Source: Candidatus Bathyarchaeota archaeon
GTDB taxonomy: Archaea > Thermoproteota > Bathyarchaeia > Bathyarchaeales > Bathycorpusculaceae
Length of the DNA stretch: 64,000 nucleotides
Direction: 5' to 3'
Assembly: GCA_963815095.1 (NCBI GenBank)
Contig: CAWFFH010000003.1
Coordinates: 576,001-640,000, forward strand
Under the pieces are notes generated by a model that had not been told where the DNA came from, did not search any database, and saw only the letters and a program-made list of their open reading frames with translations. Numbering within the stretch: the first letter of the stretch is position 1; each line of letters begins with the position of its first letter. Of this stretch, positions 1 through 8,749 are shown piece by piece. A program made the position numbers and the translations under genes.

Positions 1-642
1 TTTTATGGGGTCAAGGCGTGCAAGCCAAAGCACTGAAGGAGAAGGGGTTTTACACTTGGCATCTATTGAGGCTGGAACGTCGATGAAGTTTGGCAGCCAA
101 AAGGGCTCTTGTTTTAGACGGTACAGGCGGATGGCTTTTTGAGTTAACAGACGGGCTTGGGTGGCGACATAATCGGAGTGTCGAGCAGACCAGCCATATA
201 GTTCTTGGAAGATTTTATAGCTGATTTCACCTCCAAATCCTCTCGGCTTAACAGACGCCAGTCTTATATTGTTTTTCCAGTCTTCTCTATCCCAGATATC
301 CTGATACGTCAAAACCTTTTTTGCTTGGGGATTTTGACTGAATACGAAGTAGGTGTCCATCTCATTGCATTCGCTGTGAACAATATCTGTGGTCTTGTCA
401 AGTAACAATTTCTTTCCAAGTTTATGTCTAAGACGAGGGGTAACTTTGACGTTGACACCATTAATAACTTCAACTTCCCCGATCTTTGGCTGGTTGGGTA
501 TGTTAAAATTCTGCACCCAGCAGTCAACAATGAAGCCACGTTTCACTAGTTCTGAACCCAGCTTTCTTGTGAAAAATCCGAAGCCGCCGTAACGTCCCCA
601 TGCAAAGAATTCGTCGCTTACAAGCGTGACTTTTATGTCCAT
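1..642 (-). CDS. Glycosyltransferase family 4, truncated by window start
   Basis: Read manually: ATG at 642-640 gives MDIKVTLVSDEFFAWGRYGGFG...; the frame runs off the edge at ...SVLWLARLDPIK (GT4-type motif). Absent from the ORF track because there is no stop in the window. Confidence 0.8.
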   Translation of the reverse strand, partial: MDIKVTLVSDEFFAWGRYGGFGFFTRKLGSELVKRGFIVDCWVQNFNIPNQPKIGEVEVINGVNVKVTPRLRHKLGKKLLLDKTTDIVHSECNEMDTYFVFSQNPQAKKVLTYQDIWDREDWKNNIRLASVKPRGFGGEISYKIFQELYGWSARHSDYVATQARLLTQKAIRLYRLKQEPFWLPNFIDVPASIDAKCKTPSPSVLWLARLDPIK

Positions 643-741
643 TAAGAAGTCGCCTCTTTGAGTAATTTAAACGCTAAAGCAGACAAATATTTTGAATATT
701 TGCAAACCAATTGATTGTTATTCTTTGCGTTGTAGCTTTTT

Positions 742-924
742 CTAATGTCCAATTTGACCGTTATTCACCTTTTTTGCTTTGCTACGGCTATTTCGTATAA
801 ACATATTATACAAGGTTATTAAGACTAACCCAGCTAAAGCAGTGAACACAAGGATGAAGTTGGCAAGCCCAAATGTGTAGGTCACCAACAAGCTTGCGCT
901 AAAGGCAGAGCTTTTATTTGGCAT
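742..924 (-). CDS. Putative small single-pass membrane protein
   Basis: 60 aa with a hydrophobic stretch followed by a basic tail; no family recognised. Confidence 0.35.
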   Translation of the reverse strand: MPNKSSAFSASLLVTYTFGLANFILVFTALAGLVLITLYNMFIRNSRSKAKKVNNGQIGH

Positions 925-982
925 TTATCCACTTATTCAATTTTATTCAAAAACTTTCGCAGGTAATATCGGCAAAACCATA

Positions 983-1005
983 AATGCAACAAAATAGGTT
1001 GCATT
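983..1005. promoter_or_regulatory. Perfect inverted repeat AATGCAAC-N7-GTTGCATT, candidate transcription factor site
   Basis: 8-bp perfect arms in the divergent intergenic region upstream of 1104. Confidence 0.4.
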
Positions 1006-1103
1006 CGATAACGTCGTACAGGTCAGGAAAAATTGATCTTTGAGAGTTAAGGATTAAATCTTTCAAATACCTAATACTGCAATAAAGTGATGGAGATTCC
1101 TTA

Positions 1104-2606
1104 GTGGCAGAGCAACAAACAACGATTAAACTCAGAATTGACGTGGACTATCCTTTTCCTTCATCGAGGACAATAAGCTTTCTTTACGTAGCGCTAGGAA
1201 TCAAAGCAAAGAAAAGTAGAGAATATCTGAAAAATGCGCGAATCATCGCTGGGATGATTAATGAATCCCATAAACCAGTCATGGCTTACTGGTTCTTCAC
1301 TCCATACACAATCCCCGATAAAAAACTGCTCAGCATACTGAATCCAGAACGACATGAAGTAGCACTGCACGTTGCAAAGAACCCCTATAAAGAATGGAAG
1401 ATTTTGGAAACTAAAACTGGTCGAACAGCAATGTTCTACACTATTCATGGCACATCACGATTATTCGGTCAGCTATTGTGGAAACGGAAAATAGGCCAAA
1501 AACAAGCAGAGGTTCCAAGCGATTTTCCCCTAAAATCTTTCCATGAATTCACCACAACAAGTCTAGATACTAGATGCTACGAAGTTGGGTTAGACCAAGT
1601 TTTGGTTGAAACTCGAAACTGGATTAATCAGGGCACCGTAATATCGATTCATCCAGAATGGCTCTTTAAGAAGGGCAAAAATCGTCGAGGACCCTACTAC
1701 GATGCGCTAAAAGCCACATTGGATGTTGACCAATCACTTGAGACTCTTCGAGTAAAAAAGAAGTCTTTTGTGCGGATAGCTCAAGATAATCAAGAATACG
1801 AAAAAAACGCGTTAGCAACTGAGTCTTTCATTGAGAAATTAGCAGAAAGAGATATAGACATCTATACTTTTCTCGAACGTACATGGTGCTGTCCGATTCC
1901 AAATGCATCGAACACTTGGGTTAGAGCAGAAGATAATGTTGGTTTGCTGGAGATAAAAAGCTTCGATGAGTGGTGGAGAACCGTTGGAAAGAAAACTCGA
2001 AATATGGTTCGTCGGGCTGAGAAGAGCGGTGTAAAAGTAAGTGTCGTCGAATTAAATGAGAAATTGGTAGAAGGCATTTGGAAAATCTATAATGAAACAC
2101 CAATCAGGCAGCATAGAGCTTTTTCGCATTTTGGAGAATCACTCAAATCTGTCGCAGATAACATGGCTTTATCGAAAAAATCAACCTTCATCAGTGCTTA
2201 TCTGGAGGACGAACTTGTCGGATTTATCCAAATAGTTTATGGTGAAGATATAGCGATAATTTCGCAGATACTCTCACTGCAGAAGCATTGGGATAAATCC
2301 TTAAACAATGTACTCCTAGCCAAAGCTATTGAAGTCTGTGCAGCAAACGGCAACAGATGGCTCATGTACGGACGCATAGGAAATCATCCCTCACTTGACA
2401 AATTCAAGGAAAGCAATGGCTTCACGAAATATCCGATAGCACGGTACTATGTGCCCATAACTTGGAAAGGTAGATTTGCTATGCGTTTAGGTTTGCATCG
2501 AGAATTCAAAGATGCCTTGCCAAAGCCGCTTAAAGGACCACTTATTCCTGTCTTTAACTGGGTAAGTAGAAACAAGGCGTTAATTAGGGTCCGCAGAAGA
2601 CACTGA
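1104..2606 (+). CDS. Polysaccharide-deacetylase-like domain fused to a FemAB/CelD-type GNAT domain
   Basis: N-terminal LRIDVD, HEVALH, TIHG, SIHPEW; C-terminal KKTRNMVRRAEKSGV, LDKFKESNGF. Confidence 0.65.
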   Translation: MAEQQTTIKLRIDVDYPFPSSRTISFLYVALGIKAKKSREYLKNARIIAGMINESHKPVMAYWFFTPYTIPDKKLLSILNPERHEVALHVAKNPYKEWKILETKTGRTAMFYTIHGTSRLFGQLLWKRKIGQKQAEVPSDFPLKSFHEFTTTSLDTRCYEVGLDQVLVETRNWINQGTVISIHPEWLFKKGKNRRGPYYDALKATLDVDQSLETLRVKKKSFVRIAQDNQEYEKNALATESFIEKLAERDIDIYTFLERTWCCPIPNASNTWVRAEDNVGLLEIKSFDEWWRTVGKKTRNMVRRAEKSGVKVSVVELNEKLVEGIWKIYNETPIRQHRAFSHFGESLKSVADNMALSKKSTFISAYLEDELVGFIQIVYGEDIAIISQILSLQKHWDKSLNNVLLAKAIEVCAANGNRWLMYGRIGNHPSLDKFKESNGFTKYPIARYYVPITWKGRFAMRLGLHREFKDALPKPLKGPLIPVFNWVSRNKALIRVRRRH

Positions 2607-2691
2607 ACAAATATAGCAAAGGGGTTAAATCAATAGGAGCAGATTATACTAAAATAAAATAAACTGTAAGAAGTTATCCGAGGAAGTTACG

Positions 2692-3663
2692 TTGGCTTAT
2701 CCGCGCACAACCATCGTCATTGCTAATTGGAATGGTAGAGAAAAGTTGCGTAAGTGCCTGACGTCTCTTGTCTCCAACACAAAAAACTGCCAGTGCAATG
2801 TTATTGTTGTGGATAATGCAAGCACAGACGGGTCAACGGCGATGCTGCAGCAGAATTTCCCTCAGGTTCATCTAATCGTCAACGCTTTAAACATGGGGTT
2901 TTCTGTGGCAAACAATCAAGGCATACATATTGCCCTTTCAAACGGCGCAAAACAGATTTTGCTCTTAAATAACGACATCGAAATCACCGACAGTAAATGG
3001 CTCAAAACTTTCAATGCCGTTTTAGAGTCTGAGCCCAAGGTCGGCATTGTTGGCTGCAAGCTACTCTTTCCAGACGGTAAAATTCAGCATGCAGGCGGCA
3101 TAATTATGTTACGAGGTGCTTACCATCGTGGAGAACGCGAAGAAGATCTGGGTCAGTATGACAAGGTTGAATTTGTTGATTATGTAACTGGCGCAGCTTT
3201 GCTCATTAAAGCAGAAGTTATAACTAAAATTGGGTTTTTAGATGAAGGGTTCACTCCGCTGTATTATGAAGACACTGACTGGTGTGTTCGAGCAAGACTT
3301 TACGGATACAAAATCGCTTATACTCCTCACCCAACGCTCTTCCACCATTGTGGCGCTTCAACAAAAAAACTCGGCGTCACCAAAAACAATTTTTATTATC
3401 GAAGAAGCTCAATTCGATTCTTCCTACTGAATTTCCAAATGAAACACATTCTAAAACGTATAATCAACTTTGAAATTAAAGCAGCTGTTGCCTGCTTTAT
3501 TGGCCGTAACCGACATGGCATGCTGCCCATTGTTCTCAGATCCGATGCATCACAAAGGTTTTCGCTTCTAATCAACGCTTGGGCTCCCAGCCTTCGAGAT
3601 CTCAAGGGCATAATGGCTAAACGGCAACGGAGATTTCTGTTGAAAGCAAAACTGCAAGTTTAA
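2692..3663 (+). CDS. Glycosyltransferase family 2
   Basis: IVVDNASTDG, LLLNND, VTGAALL, YYEDTDWC. Confidence 0.92.
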   Translation: MAYPRTTIVIANWNGREKLRKCLTSLVSNTKNCQCNVIVVDNASTDGSTAMLQQNFPQVHLIVNALNMGFSVANNQGIHIALSNGAKQILLLNNDIEITDSKWLKTFNAVLESEPKVGIVGCKLLFPDGKIQHAGGIIMLRGAYHRGEREEDLGQYDKVEFVDYVTGAALLIKAEVITKIGFLDEGFTPLYYEDTDWCVRARLYGYKIAYTPHPTLFHHCGASTKKLGVTKNNFYYRRSSIRFFLLNFQMKHILKRIINFEIKAAVACFIGRNRHGMLPIVLRSDASQRFSLLINAWAPSLRDLKGIMAKRQRRFLLKAKLQV

Positions 3664-3677
3664 GAAACTGATCTTAA

Positions 3678-4832
3678 CTATAAGAATCGTTCGTAGAGCT
3701 TTGCAAGTTGCTTGGCGACTTTGTTTGCTTCAAAAGTCTCCAGAACCCAAGCACGTCCATTCCTGCCTAACTGTTCTCTTTCTTTTTTGTTTTCATATAG
3801 CTCTTCAAGTGCTGACTGTAGATCCAAAATGCTTTTTTGTTCAACTAGAATGCCAGTGACACCATTCTTAACAATTTCTGGAATTGAACCTGTGAAGGTT
3901 GAGACTACGGGTTTTTCGCATGCCATAGCTTCAACAAGTGCGTATCCAAATTGTTCAGACCAGAAATCAGTTTCGACGCTCGGTAAACAGAAGATATCGG
4001 CTAAATTATGAATTTCAGCCATATCTGAGTAGCCGATACTACCTATGAACTTTACTTTATTTTGGATTTTCAAGTTTTCAGCAAATCCCTTGATTTGCCC
4101 CTGCATCTTTGGGGTGCCTGAGCCAACAACTAAGAGTTCGACGTCTTGCTGGTTTTTTATCATCAATGAAAAAGCTTTCAGCAGATCAAATATACCCTTC
4201 TCAGGAGTGAGACGTCCGACGAAGAGGATTTTTGTTGCTTCGTCCGAGACGCCAAATTTGTTGGTGGCAGTTTTCAATGTTGGTTTGAACCTGTTGCAGT
4301 CTAAGCCCGCGGGAATTACAGAAATTTTTTCTTCTTTGACGCCTTCTTTTATAAGAGCTTCTTCGGCTTTTTCTGTTATTGCAATGAAGTGGGTTACGTG
4401 TCGGCGGTTGTATTCCTGGATTTTTATGTAGGGGATGCCCTGCACATTAAAAGGTATGTTTTCCCATTGCGTTGCAACGGTGGGTTTGCCCGTTTTTACA
4501 GCTTGATAAGTGAATGGATACCAGCTGTCGGCGGAGTGGATGATGTCGAGGTCTCTGGTTAGTTTGTTTAAGCCGACCACGTGGAGGTTCCATGAGTTGA
4601 AGTTGTATTTTGTGGCTTTACCCACTAAAGAGAAGAACGGCTTAAGGTAGCCTTTGGTTAAGCTTTGCAGGTTATGTCCTGACCTTACGGGAAAAGTGAT
4701 TTCCGGTAGATGTTTCTCTTTGTCGCGCGTGGTAATGCCTATTGGCTGAAAGCCATATTTGGTGAGTTTCTCGAAGTATTGTCCTTCGTATGGGTTTAGG
4801 TTTGGACCCCTTAAGACACCGACTTTATGCAA
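3678..4832 (-). CDS. Glycosyltransferase family 4
   Basis: FVGRLTPEKG, EQFGYALVEAMAC. Confidence 0.92.
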   Translation of the reverse strand: MHKVGVLRGPNLNPYEGQYFEKLTKYGFQPIGITTRDKEKHLPEITFPVRSGHNLQSLTKGYLKPFFSLVGKATKYNFNSWNLHVVGLNKLTRDLDIIHSADSWYPFTYQAVKTGKPTVATQWENIPFNVQGIPYIKIQEYNRRHVTHFIAITEKAEEALIKEGVKEEKISVIPAGLDCNRFKPTLKTATNKFGVSDEATKILFVGRLTPEKGIFDLLKAFSLMIKNQQDVELLVVGSGTPKMQGQIKGFAENLKIQNKVKFIGSIGYSDMAEIHNLADIFCLPSVETDFWSEQFGYALVEAMACEKPVVSTFTGSIPEIVKNGVTGILVEQKSILDLQSALEELYENKKEREQLGRNGRAWVLETFEANKVAKQLAKLYERFL

Positions 4833-4907
4833 GTTGAACTCATACCTGTCTATTTATGATTAACTCTTAAGTGTGAGCTAAAATAGCTTTGCATGATGGA
4901 TGATAAT

Positions 4908-5177
4908 CTATAGGAGAAGTTCTCCGAGAAGCTTGTTTAGTTCTTCTCGGTTTTTGATGCTTCGGAAAATCGCTTTTCCGCTCGAGTACAATCGGAAGGA
5001 TTTGTCTTGGAACGTTAATTCAAAAATTATTCCGGCAATCTTGTTTTTGAGTGTGGCTTTTTTTAGAATGTTGGCAATGGCTTCATCTTTCTTTTCGTAT
5101 TTGAAGACCACTATAACGTCTTTTTCTGCTCCGCAGGTTCCTTCGATTCGAGAAACGTAGTCATCTATAGTTGTCAT
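4908..5177 (-). CDS. Hypothetical 89-aa protein with an EGTCG motif, coupled to sufS
   Basis: ATG overlaps the sufS TAA (TAATG); natural-looking composition. Confidence 0.7.
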   Translation of the reverse strand: MTTIDDYVSRIEGTCGAEKDVIVVFKYEKKDEAIANILKKATLKNKIAGIIFELTFQDKSFRLYSSGKAIFRSIKNREELNKLLGELLL

Positions 5178-6409
5178 TAGAGTTGCTCAAACTCCTTGAG
5201 GATTTCTATGAAGCGGTCAATTTCCTCTTTTGTGTTATAGATGTAGAAGCTTGCCCGCGCAGAAGACTCGATCTTGAAGATCTGGTGCAAGGGTTGTGCA
5301 CAGTGGTAGCCACTGCGCATCATGATTCCGTAATTGTCACAGAACAGGGCAACGTCATGTGAGGATAAGCCTTTAACGCCAAATGGTATTATGCCGCATT
5401 TCTTTGAGGAGTCACTTGGTCCGTAAACAGTTACTTTCTTGCATTCTGCTATGCGTTTCATCGCGTATTTGGTTAGGTCTTTTTCGTGGCTCAAAACGTT
5501 GTCCATACCTAATTCTTCAAGATACTTCACAGCTGCACCTAATCCTACTACGCCAGCGATGTTAGGAGTGCCAGCTTCAAATTTCCATGGCAACTCATTC
5601 CAAGTTACGTTACAGTGGCCTTTGCCTTTACTGTAAGAGACGTCTTTAATCATTTCGCCTCCACCCTCGTAAGGTGACATGGCTTCCAGTATCTCTTTTT
5701 TTCCGTATAGAACGCCTATACCTGTGGGTCCGAGCATTTTATGTCCTGAGAAAGCCAAGAAGTCTGCGCCTATCTTCTGAACATCCACTTCCATGTGTGG
5801 CACGGATTGGGCAGCGTCGACTAGCATTAACGAGCCGTTGTCATGGACAGTTTTAGTTATGTGTTTAACGTCGTTTGTGACGCCTGTGACGTTTGAGACA
5901 TGGCTTAAGCATGCGATTTTTGTTTTTTTAGTTAATTTGTTTTCGAAGTCTTCATAGTCAAGGGTGCCGTCGTCATGTATGTTGGCGTATTTAATGGTGA
6001 ATCCTTTAAGTTTAGAGATGATTTCCCAGGGCACGATGTTGCTGTGGTGCTCCATTAAAGAAACCAGCACTTCGTCTTCTCTGCAGAGGTTGTTTAAGCC
6101 CCAAGCATACGCAACCAAGTTGATAGCTTCTGTTGTGCCTCGTGTAAAGATTATTTGGCTTGGAGACTCTGCGGTTATGAATTTAGCGATTTTTTCCCTA
6201 GATTTCTCGTAGAGGTCAGTTGCTTCAAGTGAGAGTGTGTGGACTGCTCGGTGTACGTTGCCGTTGTGGTGATGGTAGAAGTCTACTTCTGCGTCTATAA
6301 CTTGGTTGGGCTTCTGGGTTGTGGCTGCGTTGTCAAAGTAGATTAGGGGGCTGCCGTTTACTTTTCGATTTAAAATGGGAAAGTCTTGCCTGATTGCTTG
6401 CGCATCTAT
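5177..6409 (-). CDS. sufS: Cysteine desulfurase, SufS (class II) type; true N-terminus extends upstream of the track start at 6118
   Basis: Open frame from 6409: IDAQAIRQDFPILN...YFDNAATTQKP...NVHR, then MEHHSN, DAAQS, FSGHKMLGPTG, RSGYHCA. No ATG/GTG/TTG before the conserved N-terminus. Confidence 0.9.
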   Translation of the reverse strand: MDAQAIRQDFPILNRKVNGSPLIYFDNAATTQKPNQVIDAEVDFYHHHNGNVHRAVHTLSLEATDLYEKSREKIAKFITAESPSQIIFTRGTTEAINLVAYAWGLNNLCREDEVLVSLMEHHSNIVPWEIISKLKGFTIKYANIHDDGTLDYEDFENKLTKKTKIACLSHVSNVTGVTNDVKHITKTVHDNGSLMLVDAAQSVPHMEVDVQKIGADFLAFSGHKMLGPTGIGVLYGKKEILEAMSPYEGGGEMIKDVSYSKGKGHCNVTWNELPWKFEAGTPNIAGVVGLGAAVKYLEELGMDNVLSHEKDLTKYAMKRIAECKKVTVYGPSDSSKKCGIIPFGVKGLSSHDVALFCDNYGIMMRSGYHCAQPLHQIFKIESSARASFYIYNTKEEIDRFIEILKEFEQL

Positions 6410-6918
6410 GATTTTTTTTCTGCCTCAGGTTTTAGCCTCTTAGAGAGCGTCTTTGCTAGTTCTTCTTCCTCTAATGCCTGTTTTTCTTCAAATGTATGTT
6501 CTTTTGGTAACCAGCTTGGAGCCTCAACATTTCTTTGTGTGAAATACTGTCGTATTGCTCGTTTCAGTGCGCCGACAGCTAGAACTCCGCAGTGGAATTT
6601 GACGTCGGGTAAGCCACCGATTTCTTCCACTACACGCTTCCAAGTTATATCTTTCCAAGCAGTTTCCAAACTTAGGCACTTTATCATTTCTGTGACTATA
6701 CTGGATGTTGCGATGTTGGCGGCGCAGCCGTAACTTTCGAATTGTGCTTTCTCAATTATGTCTTTGTCGCTGATTTTTAGGTAGAAAGTTATCATGTCCC
6801 CGCAAGCTGGGTTCCCAGCTACGGCTACGACTGTGGCATCTTCCATTTTGCCAAGGTTTTTTGGGTTACGGAATAAATCCATTATTTTTGCGTTATATGG
6901 TAAGGGCATTCTTGACAT
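6406..6918 (-). CDS. iscU: Fe-S cluster scaffold IscU/NifU-N with charged C-terminal extension
   Basis: NPKNLG, GNPACGD, YGCAANIA, KFHC. Confidence 0.9.
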   Translation of the reverse strand: MSRMPLPYNAKIMDLFRNPKNLGKMEDATVVAVAGNPACGDMITFYLKISDKDIIEKAQFESYGCAANIATSSIVTEMIKCLSLETAWKDITWKRVVEEIGGLPDVKFHCGVLAVGALKRAIRQYFTQRNVEAPSWLPKEHTFEEKQALEEEELAKTLSKRLKPEAEKKS

Positions 6919-6920
6919 TT

Positions 6921-8144
6921 TTAATCTACTCCTGTTGAGCCAACTATCCCTCTTATACGGTTGACGGCTGTTGGTAGAACTTTCAGAACGTAGGCTATAT
7001 CCTCTTCTGTTTGGTTGCGAGTTGTTTTCATGAGAATGCTGCCGTGTGCTTCACTATAGTGGCGTCCAATGGCAACTAATACGTGGCTGGGCTGGAGGAG
7101 TCTTCTGCTGCATGCACTTCCGCTTGAAACGTAGACGCCGTTGAGGCTCAATTCGATGGTTAATGCTTCGCCTTCTGCTCGAAGTATGCTTACGTTTGCG
7201 TTGTCTGGAGAGCGTTTGTCGCCTTTTGGACCATTAAAGCGTAGATCATCAAGTTCAGCAAATATACCGTCGACAAGCTTATCGCGTAGTGTTCGCATTT
7301 TTGTGGTGTTTGCTTCAAAGTTTTGGAATGCGAGCTCTGAGGCTTTGGTGAAACCTACGATTAATGGGGTGTTTTCAACGCCTGGCCAAAGTTTCTGTGT
7401 TCCAATTTGGCCTTCAAGAATGCGCTCCATGTTTATACCTTCTTTTAGGTACATTGCGCCCATTCCTCTTGGACCCTGAATCTTGTAGCTGCTTAATGTG
7501 GCTAAGTCAACGTTTAGGTTTTGCACGTTTAGGGGTATTCTGCCGTATGCGTCTGAGGCATCGGTGTGGAAGAGGGTTTTGGGGTTTTTTGCTTTTACAA
7601 TGTCTACTGCTTCTTTGATGGGCTGGATTGTTCCAACCTCGTTGTTTACAGATGAGATACTGACTAGTATAGTTTCGCTGTCGACTGCTTCTTTGAGTTT
7701 TTCTAGGTTGATGAAGCCTTCGTTGTTGACTGGGATTTTCTGGGTTGTGAAACCGTATTTCGTCATCATTTCGGCAACTTGTAGCACGTTGATGGGTTCG
7801 ATTTCGGAGATTACGATTTTTTTGCCTCTGTTTTTTTGGCTAAACGCTGCGCCCATGATGGCTAGGTTGTTGGCTTCAGTTTCGCTTGGGGTAAAGGTTA
7901 TTTCTTCGAGGTTTTTTGCGCCTATGTAAGTGCTGATTTTTTTGAAGCTGTTCATTATGACTTCGAACGCTTCCCACCCGGGTTTGTGGGTGAGTGTGGG
8001 GTTGCCGTAGGCTGTTTTATTAAAATAAGGCAACATAGCGTCAACTACTTCTTTGGGAACGATGCAGGAGTTTTCGTTGTCTAAATAAACCTCATGTTTA
8101 ATGCCTTCATGCAGTTTGAGAAGCTCTTTTACGTTTTCAACCAT
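6921..8144 (-). CDS. iscS: IscS/NifS-like (class I) cysteine desulfurase homolog with divergent active site
   Basis: YLDN, YGNP, NNEVGTIQP, SSGSACS; the usual EH is EP and SxHK is SSYK. Start is 8144 or 8159. Confidence 0.8.
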   Translation of the reverse strand: MVENVKELLKLHEGIKHEVYLDNENSCIVPKEVVDAMLPYFNKTAYGNPTLTHKPGWEAFEVIMNSFKKISTYIGAKNLEEITFTPSETEANNLAIMGAAFSQKNRGKKIVISEIEPINVLQVAEMMTKYGFTTQKIPVNNEGFINLEKLKEAVDSETILVSISSVNNEVGTIQPIKEAVDIVKAKNPKTLFHTDASDAYGRIPLNVQNLNVDLATLSSYKIQGPRGMGAMYLKEGINMERILEGQIGTQKLWPGVENTPLIVGFTKASELAFQNFEANTTKMRTLRDKLVDGIFAELDDLRFNGPKGDKRSPDNANVSILRAEGEALTIELSLNGVYVSSGSACSRRLLQPSHVLVAIGRHYSEAHGSILMKTTRNQTEEDIAYVLKVLPTAVNRIRGIVGSTGVD

Positions 8145-8421
8145 ACAGTATCCTACCATAAATTTTGGGACAGATAACTCGTCTCCCTTGCTAGTATCTA
8201 GTTCGACTAAAAAAACCTAACCACAAAGAAGTCTCCGCAGCAACAGTTATGACGTTTAATGCCGCTAACAAGAGCCTAAACAAAAATACTGAATAATACA
8301 ATTTCAATTTAAAGATTTATGTTTTAACCATTATCAATGACAAAACAATGTACCCTGAATTAAATTAAATATAAATAGCACTTCAGAAAATAAAGCGCTA
8401 AGGTGACATTATATAGCTGCA

Positions 8422-8595
8422 ATGTTTGAAATAAGAAACACAGTGAATGGTAAATTCTACTGGAGATTCAAAGCCATCAACGGCGAAATTGTTGCAGTAA
8501 GCGAAGTATACGAAACAAAACAGGGTTGTAAGAATGGCATAGATTGTATTATGAGCAACGCAGTTTTTGCCGAAATCAAAGATCAAACCATCTAA
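8422..8595 (+). CDS. YegP/DUF1508 family small protein
   Basis: Read manually: MFEIRNTVNGKFYWRFKAINGEIVAVSEVYETKQGCKNGIDCIMSNA...; 57 aa, below the track cutoff. Confidence 0.8.
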   Translation: MFEIRNTVNGKFYWRFKAINGEIVAVSEVYETKQGCKNGIDCIMSNAVFAEIKDQTI

Positions 8596-8749
8596 AATAA
8601 CCACTTCTTTTTTTAAAAACAAAATTTTTGGATATAACTAATTTTTACAATTTGCCAATAATAAATAGGCGAAAAAACTTTAGAGTTATAAAAAAACTCT
8701 AATAACCCACCCAAACCCATACTATCCAACAGCAGGTTTATGGCGATTC

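Noticed and set aside
8398-8622. 74-aa minus-strand ORF
   Set aside because: It is the antisense shadow of the recognisable YegP/DUF1508 gene on the plus strand
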